IMG/VR virus record: IMGVR_UViG_3300046012_000561
Span: 1-59,134 of that record
Reading direction: 5' to 3' (one strand)
DNA length: 59,134 nucleotides
From: a virus
Taxonomy: Duplodnaviria; Caudoviricetes
Numbering within the stretch: the first letter of the stretch is position 1; the number at the start of each line of letters is the position of its first letter. Shown here piece by piece: positions 55,301 to 59,134 of the stretch. The translations under genes were made by a program, and so were the position numbers. The notes beneath the pieces are model-generated. The model was not told where the DNA came from. It did no database searches and worked only from the letters and a program-made list of their open reading frames with translations.

Positions 55301-55807
55301 GACGTATCCCCCGAAGTGCTGGACTATCTCTTCGGCCAGGTGACGGGTGCGGCAGGAACCTTCTACAGCCGCCTGGCCAATCTCGTTCCAAGGCTGGCGG
55401 ACCCCACTTCCACCGTCTCCTACAATGACATTCCGCTCGCAAGGAAAGTCTCGGGTGGCAAGCCCATCTGGTACGACAAGCAAATGTTCTATGAGCGCGC
55501 CGATTCCATCGAGGAAGCCTATCAGCGGGCTAAGGATTATGGCCTTAAGGGAGATGGTGAAGGCCGACGCGAGTTCATCCAGGAAAACCGGGCCGCGATC
55601 ACCATGCGGCCCTACGCCGAGCGGGCCCGGTCTGCCCTGGCCGATGTGCGGAAGAAGCGCAACGCCTTGGCCATGCTCTCAGAACGCGGCGGAATCGGGA
55701 AAGACGCCTACAACACCCGCGTCAATGCCCTTCAGGACAAAGAGCAGGCCATCATCAGCCAGTTTAACAAGGTCTATCTGGGGAAGGGCCTTCCCTCGGA
55801 GCCTTAG
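49340..55807 (+). CDS. Giant polyvalent DNA-ejection protein (GNAT, zincin-like metallopeptidase, LPD38-like C-terminus)
   Basis: RKQGAAR...LKNFYKTLGF (GNAT); HEAVH...EEAIAE (zincin); LTVNFNRRG, LPLPYGYN, NKDYTGRPI. Confidence 0.85.
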   Translation: MALDLAGLKPVGDAPRFDVGGLKPLDVAPDRSFADVRQGSIDDNEADRFRAVKTMAAAASPNESDWLDLGKKALENGWTSFRQAAGGIAQYAGENMPAPYGADVPMGFAESAQAENLSKAMKGSVAISGSPANIGKAIYDAATADIKANAPKLNEGSAKDYAYQAGTSLVQMIPTLAASLATGSPAPGLALMGGQVAGQQYGQARNESGRSPDQAGVDAMFYALAETIPEQIPLGILMKPGGKFLPRLLKTMGAEGLQEAFTQVLESGYDKGTVSPDMTWGDAFRQVRDAGIVGAVMGGGLGAAAHPFTRGGAEEPKPEPEAPPAAEPGPQVEPLSTQGLTPLEAPPEAAPVPTAAKVIPNEEPLYDATGESQIGWHDRATGRIRMLEKQPEEVARAVMDAPSLHDAIATAEAEAFAPVHGLPEDVAPPVESDLVVPPAPLERVEPVPLAPVSSLETPAVASAGEMPPAARAPEGITPAASEINALAEEQPQEEITPPPARTGRVRGLPRRLTKGPEDAAMFLASQGGIRNDEGHDLVKGRGLQQFVPGLGPLIRPKGMTIDAAGQKLWEAGFFGQVDHGEGVREANGPTEADVLELLERTGRGGDGRPTKVFRPGDAADIEIAREGERVAEANASVLEDVHNYAKSLSETLTEAEADQIVSDMVAHGIDAESAVVEHLERKAIQEDNEDHADAAIQPAPQAHPVVERAPGVDRAAGSGVQEPEAVPGNEGGPQIESEPAQADSGTSDQPEAEVASQPEGIPPLPHGNGSWVIVDRATGHAAAEIFKGDKAISRVNLERYKAVPAGEYLASLNKAKALTIPSELKPLATEPGALDGQGRAVPQTIAPGADRSAIQLSAAREAAGHGLSTTKVQQKDAGGMFAAPEEKATDLFEASPKVEQADNERPMAQRRETVFDWGNEGGGSRVTKIGPTEITYGIGKDKTAELTLVRTAKGSRKQGAARAAVEQFLREADARGYAVHLTADPMEPTVSRSRLKNFYKTLGFVENRGRTRDFSTRAGMIREPQSAPLPQRPTPRITDTFTPEFKAKRREVEKELRARLEKLGLHDIGLRISDATAIDGEPVNGHYYRKVIAVALDAPNPIGTFNHEAVHATRALGLFTKSEWSMLANRAAKDWHSRFDIGNRYSEFSEDQQNEEAIAEAFQAWTKDQGTQKGTIARIFHKVRDALSAIGNALKGQGFDTTDRIFQRLDTGEVGSRERPSTKPPEASGPVAERRRETGPFSRLGVEPNEGISDYLTDSSLSLAEKLKGAASPQVLSESVDRWRRLFQDRFIPLLRTQQAIEKQTGKKLALESNPYLAEELSSGRKGAKLEDLSEKMVRPLMANMASRNITLPELETYLYARHAPERNSHIAQINQEFAGDMLKEEGAGSGMTNADAAQIMQAVKASGKEKDLKALAGMVDKILDFGLRERVSGGLMSQDQADTWRATFQNYVPLRGKAEVDGSEIDRPRFGRGINIRGAESQRAFGRNSKAKDILAYSIMQAEEAIVRAETNKVGQSFYELAKENPNPDFWKVDKITERPVWNEAKGQVEYRPVDRLLAEDKDYTVSLKIDGTEHRVTLNRDNPNAVELAKSMRNLDSDKMGALLRAFSHVNRLLSHVNTTLNPEFVITNAFRDAQTALTNLAGEEQKGIISGTLKDYLPAVRAATRGAFGKTDGDWGKWYNEFRENGGRVYFNSTDNVAEIRDRIEHDLSRLAAGKSPQSTLTAIKNFIGKTNLGVENGIRLAAFKNARERGMSPEEAASLAKNLTVNFNRRGELGPLMNSLYLFYNASVQGTARLLLAMKSPRVRKVLYSAAIMGATLDILNSLTSGDDDDGEKYYDKISDFEKRHNLIIMDPTSDKGRYFKLPLPYGYNVFFGMGRNASEIFRGKPVTRAFTDLAVTAVDAFNPIGGTESLLNLIAPTVLDPIVDLSRNKDYTGRPIMPDQPQYGPKEAEHNRYWGTVSPLAKHITDFLNQASGGDDVVPGKIDVSPEVLDYLFGQVTGAAGTFYSRLANLVPRLADPTSTVSYNDIPLARKVSGGKPIWYDKQMFYERADSIEEAYQRAKDYGLKGDGEGRREFIQENRAAITMRPYAERARSALADVRKKRNALAMLSERGGIGKDAYNTRVNALQDKEQAIISQFNKVYLGKGLPSEP
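51411..51602 (+). CDS. Nested +1-frame gene encoding a 63-aa basic helical protein
   Basis: AGGAGG at 51393-51398; in-frame ATGs at 51402/51411/51417; GC3-rich codons in this frame. Confidence 0.6.
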   Translation: MQMQQSSPRPRPTLSLKERQALIERLEAGSKNPKLSPETRAARKSRANQLRRIQELRISQKRK

Positions 55808-55896
55808 TTCGGCCGGAACACCGCCGCCACGAAGCTGACGGCCGCATAGAGCAGCACCAGGAACAGCCCGACAGTTTCAGTCCGTGGTTTCGGCAT
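55804..55896 (-). CDS. 30-aa membrane peptide
   Basis: Manual: MPKPRTETVGLFLVLLYAAVSFVAAVFRPN; GAGGGG RBS. Confidence 0.5.
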   Translation of the reverse strand: MPKPRTETVGLFLVLLYAAVSFVAAVFRPN

Positions 55897-55902
55897 GGCC
55901 CC

Positions 55903-55983
55903 TCAGTAGAAAACAACAAAGTGAATGAAGGCGAGGAGAAACACCGCGCCGGTTGCAAACTCGATCCAAAATCCTCGCGGCAT
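55903..55983 (-). CDS. 26-aa membrane peptide
   Basis: Manual: MPRGFWIEFATGAVFLLAFIHFVVFY. Confidence 0.45.
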   Translation of the reverse strand: MPRGFWIEFATGAVFLLAFIHFVVFY

Positions 55984-56020
55984 GCGCCCTTTTACCCCAA
56001 CCCAGCCCAAAGGTGAACCT

Positions 56021-56387
56021 ATGGACGGCCACCAATATACCGCGCATTTCGAGGCTACGGGCGGCAAGCCCATTCTCAAGGCTTACCCATACCTGCTTCC
56101 GCGGAGCAGATCGCCAAGGCCATCTTCCGGGCTGCCGACAAGAAGGCCAAGCCCAAGAAACCCAAGCCAAAGCCCGCTCACTGAGGGTTCTGTCTAGTTT
56201 CGTATATAATTCCCCTTTTAATTTAGGGCAATCGCGCCTCGCCGGCTTTCACAACATGCTGGACGCGATCCGTGCCGCAGACTGGCAGCGCGCGCATGAT
56301 GAACTGCTTGACAGCGATTATGCCCGGCAGACCAAGACGCGGGCGCAGACGAACGCGAAAGTCCTGCTGACAGGAGAATGGCCGTGA
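56021..56387 (+). pseudogene. Disrupted T4-like (GH24) lysozyme endolysin
   Basis: N-terminus MDGHQYTAHFEATGGKPILKAY (56021-56086) and C-terminus FNLG..RLAGFHNML.AI...DWQRAHDELLDS.YARQ...RA are in different frames; middle replaced. Confidence 0.75.
56087..56214 (+). mobile_element. Remnant end of a probable IS1595-family element
   Basis: Foreign segment encoding PIPASAEQIAKAIFRAADKKAKPKK* and ending GTATATAATTCCC (reverse complement GGGAATTATATAC, IS1595/ISNwi1-like terminus). Confidence 0.5.
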
Positions 56388-56602
56388 AGCTGGTTGATGA
56401 CGCGAACACGCTCTGGAAACGCTGGTCCACCCGAATAGCAGCTTCACAAGCTGGCCTCATGCTGTTCTGGCTGGGCTTGCCGGATGACTGGCGCGAGGCG
56501 GTCCCCCGCTGGGGAATTGCCGTGGTGGTGGCGCTGTTCGCCTTCGCCTTCATCAGCGCGCAGGCGGTAAGCCAGCCCAAGCTCAGGAAGGACGGGCAAT
56601 GA
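56384..56602 (+). CDS. Holin-like membrane protein
   Basis: KLVDD...WKRWS, two TM segments, SQPKL end; follows the lysozyme remnant. Confidence 0.7.
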   Translation: MKLVDDANTLWKRWSTRIAASQAGLMLFWLGLPDDWREAVPRWGIAVVVALFAFAFISAQAVSQPKLRKDGQ

Positions 56603-56777
56603 CCTATCAAATCACCAACGAGCCGCCGCACGAGATTAAGGGGGGGGAACCTTATTTCCTGTTTCACTTTAGAAAATGACGCGGGCGCTCGCTATCACAT
56701 CCGCGCCGATGAGCTGTGCTGGTTTCTCATGGCGGTGCTGGATAAGCGCCTGGCCGCCTTGGAAGGGGCGTAGGATC

Positions 56778-57317
56778 ATGGAGATCAGTGGCCCCGCCTG
56801 GTGCGCGATGTTTCCCACCAGCGAAAGCCTGGAAGACCTCTGCCCGGCCTTCCGGTCTGATGTCGCAGGTTTCATCGGCGCGTTGCGCGCGGGTGGAGCT
56901 TCGGTGTCGATTGCCGCCACCTATCGCCCACCGCAGCGGGCCTATCTCATGCACTGGGCCTGCATGATCGGCACGGGTGGGCAAGACCCGGCTGCGATAC
57001 CGGTGATGCCCGGCGTGGAAATCGACTGGACCCATGGCGGTGATCGTGTGTCCGCCAAGGCTGCGGCCAAGGCGATGATGGCCGGGTATAATATCGCGTT
57101 CCCCGCCGCCCTGGTCAGCCGCCACACCCAGAGGCGGGCGATCGACATGACCATCCATGTCCCTGCCGGTGCCACCATCATCCCCCATCTGGGCTTGCCT
57201 GTTCGCTTCGCGGAATCCTGCGACGGCATGGATCCACGCCTCCATGCCATCGGCAAGACCTTCGGCGTCATCAAGCTGGTATCCGACAGGCCGCATTGGT
57301 CTGACGATGGGCATTGA
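56778..57317 (+). CDS. Peptidase M15-like endolysin
   Basis: TYRPPQR, SRHTQRRAID (SxHxxxxAxD) and DRPHWS zinc-ligand motifs. Confidence 0.8.
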   Translation: MEISGPAWCAMFPTSESLEDLCPAFRSDVAGFIGALRAGGASVSIAATYRPPQRAYLMHWACMIGTGGQDPAAIPVMPGVEIDWTHGGDRVSAKAAAKAMMAGYNIAFPAALVSRHTQRRAIDMTIHVPAGATIIPHLGLPVRFAESCDGMDPRLHAIGKTFGVIKLVSDRPHWSDDGH

Positions 57318-57329
57318 CGGGGGACAACC

Positions 57330-57599
57330 ATGAGCGACGGCGGCGTTCCAAATCTCACCAGCCTGAAGATCGAGAACCCGAAGCTGCGGGATGTCGCCGC
57401 CTTCATCGGTGAGGTCGCGCGGCCGTTCGCCATCATCATCACCGCCGGCTGCGCGGGATGGTCTTCGATCACCCTGGCGCTGAAGGTCAACAGCACAGAA
57501 GCAGCGGTCTTCATCGGCGCGGTCTATCTCGGTGTGGGCTCGCTCTACATCGGCAAGGCCTGGGAAAAGGTCACGCAGATCAAGCAGGGAGGTTCCTGA
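57330..57599 (+). CDS. Second holin-like membrane protein
   Basis: ARP followed by two TM helices, basic tail GKAWEK. Confidence 0.7.
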   Translation: MSDGGVPNLTSLKIENPKLRDVAAFIGEVARPFAIIITAGCAGWSSITLALKVNSTEAAVFIGAVYLGVGSLYIGKAWEKVTQIKQGGS

Positions 57600-58090
57600 T
57601 GGCCGGACCACTGGGACTTGCGGAAGAGGCTGCCGAAGTCGCCATGCCGGGCCTCAAGATCGGGAAGTGGATCGTGGTCGGCATCGTGGCGCTGATTCTG
57701 GCCGGGCTTGCCGGATGGGTAATCTGGAAGCTGTTCTTCGCCCAACACGCGGCCGAGCAGAAATCCGCCATCGTCCAGGCCCAAGGCCAGGGCGAAATCG
57801 ACAAGGCCGGTGCGCTGGCCGGACAGGATGCCGTCCCCATCATCGTCAAGAACTACAACACCGGCGCCGCCATCGACGCCAAAACGCAGGAGGCCATCCG
57901 TGACATTCTCAAAGCCCAGGGCGCAGCGCAGGCTATTGATCCTGCTGTCGCTGACCTTGGTCGCCGCGCTATCTGCCTGCGTACAAGCGCCGCCGGTCTT
58001 CTTGAATGCCAACACCTGTTCGAGCCTGATACCGGAGGACTGGTACATGACGGGGATTCCCAGCCTTCCCCCGCCGCAGAAAGGCGATGA
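57599..58090 (+). CDS. i-spanin (Rz-like)
   Basis: N-terminal TM, periplasmic helical part, C-terminal Cys pair; overlapped by a lipoprotein gene. Confidence 0.7.
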   Translation: MAGPLGLAEEAAEVAMPGLKIGKWIVVGIVALILAGLAGWVIWKLFFAQHAAEQKSAIVQAQGQGEIDKAGALAGQDAVPIIVKNYNTGAAIDAKTQEAIRDILKAQGAAQAIDPAVADLGRRAICLRTSAAGLLECQHLFEPDTGGLVHDGDSQPSPAAERR

Positions 58091-58253
58091 CACGGCGGGG
58101 GCCTGGATTTCCTTCGGGGTCGGTGAAAGCGGCCAGCTTGACAAGGCAAACGGGCAGACGCGCGATGCGGTCAGCATCGTGAAGAAATGCGAGGCGCGGG
58201 ACCAGGCGGCGGCTGACGCCATGAAGCCGAAGCCCTGGTTCCAGTTTTGGTGA
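57900..58253 (+). CDS. o-spanin (Rz1-like lipoprotein)
   Basis: AGGAGG RBS, GTG start, lipobox LSAC, Pro-rich; +1 overlap with the i-spanin. Confidence 0.75.
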   Translation: MTFSKPRAQRRLLILLSLTLVAALSACVQAPPVFLNANTCSSLIPEDWYMTGIPSLPPPQKGDDTAGAWISFGVGESGQLDKANGQTRDAVSIVKKCEARDQAAADAMKPKPWFQFW

Positions 58254-58624
58254 GCGGCATCGATCCGCGGGAAGGGCTGCCGATGCCGGATGATGTACAG
58301 CGTGCCCTTGGCCGCATCGAAGGAACGCAGAGTCAAATTCTTGCGGAGCTAAAAAGTCTCCGATCCGATTTTTGCGAGCACAAGAATGATGACCAGAGAA
58401 ATTTTTCCGGCGTGCGAAAACTCTTCTTCGAAAAGCTGGAAGAGCAGAACAAGACCCGTGAAAACCATCTGGGCGAACAAGACCGCAAGCTGGATGCGCT
58501 GAAGCAGGATTCAGACCGTGCCAAGGGCGCGGGTTGGGTAATCCTGGGCCTGCTTGGCGGCTTGGCGACTTTCGTGGGCGGGGCCGTGCTGGCCGTCATC
58601 AGCGGGTGGATCAAAGTGCATTAG
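58250..58624 (+). CDS. Coiled-coil protein with C-terminal TM (XhlA/DUF1515-like)
   Basis: ALGRIEG, coiled coil, GAGWVILGLLGG. Confidence 0.65.
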   Translation: MSGIDPREGLPMPDDVQRALGRIEGTQSQILAELKSLRSDFCEHKNDDQRNFSGVRKLFFEKLEEQNKTRENHLGEQDRKLDALKQDSDRAKGAGWVILGLLGGLATFVGGAVLAVISGWIKVH

Positions 58625-58647
58625 CTGATTGCCGAATCGATAGATTG

Positions 58648-58682
58648 AAAGCCCTGCCGGGGAAGCCCGGTGGGGCTTTTTT
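58648..58682. terminator. Rho-independent terminator ending the late operon (likely bidirectional)
   Basis: AAAGCCCTGCCGGG-GAAG-CCCGGTGGGGCTTTTTT. Confidence 0.85.
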
Positions 58683-58686
58683 CGTT

Positions 58687-58896
58687 TCAGGGCGGCAGGA
58701 TGTCGGCAGGCCAGCATTTCGAGCAGAAGAACCGCGTCGGTTCGTGCCAGCTTCCAGAGACCGCCCAGACCGTCGTCTCGTAGCAGGTGAAGCCGCAACG
58801 GCAGGTTGGCTTCGGCGCCGCCGGCCGGGCCTGCTCAGCCTCCTGTGACGCCCTGATCCTTGCGAGCTTTTCCTGGTGGGGGCGGGGATTGGACAT
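58687..58896 (-). CDS. Small Cys-motif protein at the prophage end
   Basis: CRCG...FFCSKCWP; converges on the terminator. Confidence 0.55.
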   Translation of the reverse strand: MSNPRPHQEKLARIRASQEAEQARPAAPKPTCRCGFTCYETTVWAVSGSWHEPTRFFCSKCWPADILPP

Positions 58897-59075
58897 GGCG
58901 CGATTCTCTTGGGCCTGGGCGGGCCGGGTTCGCAGCCGGTAGCGGTATATAGAGCGGGGAACAGGGCGAGAACAACGGGTGAGGGGGCCGAAAGGAATTG
59001 CCTTTGCGGTTCAAAGGGCCCGAAAACGCCCTCACCTTTATGTAAGTCGTTGAAATCCTAGGTCAGATGGCAAAA

Positions 59076-59090
59076 CCCTAGGGCGCACCA
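59076..59090 (+). other. Candidate attR core: duplicated tRNA 3' end (Glu-like)
   Basis: CCCT AGGGCGC A CCA reads as T-stem strand, acceptor strand, discriminator and CCA; preceded by TAAGTCGTTGAAAT. Confidence 0.55.
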
Positions 59091-59134
59091 TTCAATTTCT
59101 AGGCGCCTGAAATCGTTGCTGAAATCTGCCTTTC

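Larger units (their letters stand above)
1..59090. mobile_element. Temperate prophage, podovirus-type (short tail, ejection proteins), nearly complete; left end lies outside the window
   Basis: Ordered integrase, early, immunity, replication, packaging, head, short-tail, ejection and lysis modules; no tape measure or tail tube gene seen; candidate att at the right end. Confidence 0.95.

Noticed and set aside
55953-56387. 144-aa ORF as an intact endolysin
   Set aside because: Only the last ~57 residues are lysozyme-like; the true N-terminus is in another frame
43387-58624. Diversity-generating retroelement or invertible tail-fiber cassette
   Set aside because: No reverse transcriptase or invertase seen, and no TR/VR repeat pair noticed
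1-59134. CRISPR array or cas genes
   Set aside because: No regularly spaced repeat-spacer array seen; the repeats at 25524-25623 are iterons within the initiator gene

Overview
The window is essentially one near-complete, GC-rich temperate prophage with podovirus-type architecture, most likely in an alphaproteobacterial host. A tyrosine integrase runs off the left edge (missed by the ORF track). A long leftward early operon (~0.8-18 kb, minus strand) carries a Lar-like protein, a HerA/DUF87-like ATPase, a degenerate NYN protein, an acyl carrier protein, GcrA-like and ParB proteins, a DEDD exonuclease, HNH nucleases and YqaJ/ERF recombination genes. A lambda-like cI/cro switch with five visible operators follows. 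The rightward operon encodes RusA, an MT-A70 methyltransferase, an initiator with iterons and NusG. Then come terminase, portal, scaffold, N4-gp56-type capsid, short-tail and ejection genes, a 2155-aa polyvalent protein, a mosaic lysis region and a probable tRNA-3'-end att site. The most unusual signals: (1) an out-of-frame gene with its own Shine-Dalgarno and genome-typical codon usage nested inside the giant polyvalent protein; (2) a coupled GcrA-like/ACP/degenerate-NYN/HerA module of host-like proteins; (3) an unannotated 66-aa peptide that triplicates the WDxFxWDxFxWD motif of the upstream tail protein; (4) a lysozyme destroyed by an IS-like remnant next to an intact peptidase endolysin cassette. 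All family calls come from motif recognition by eye; no searches were run.
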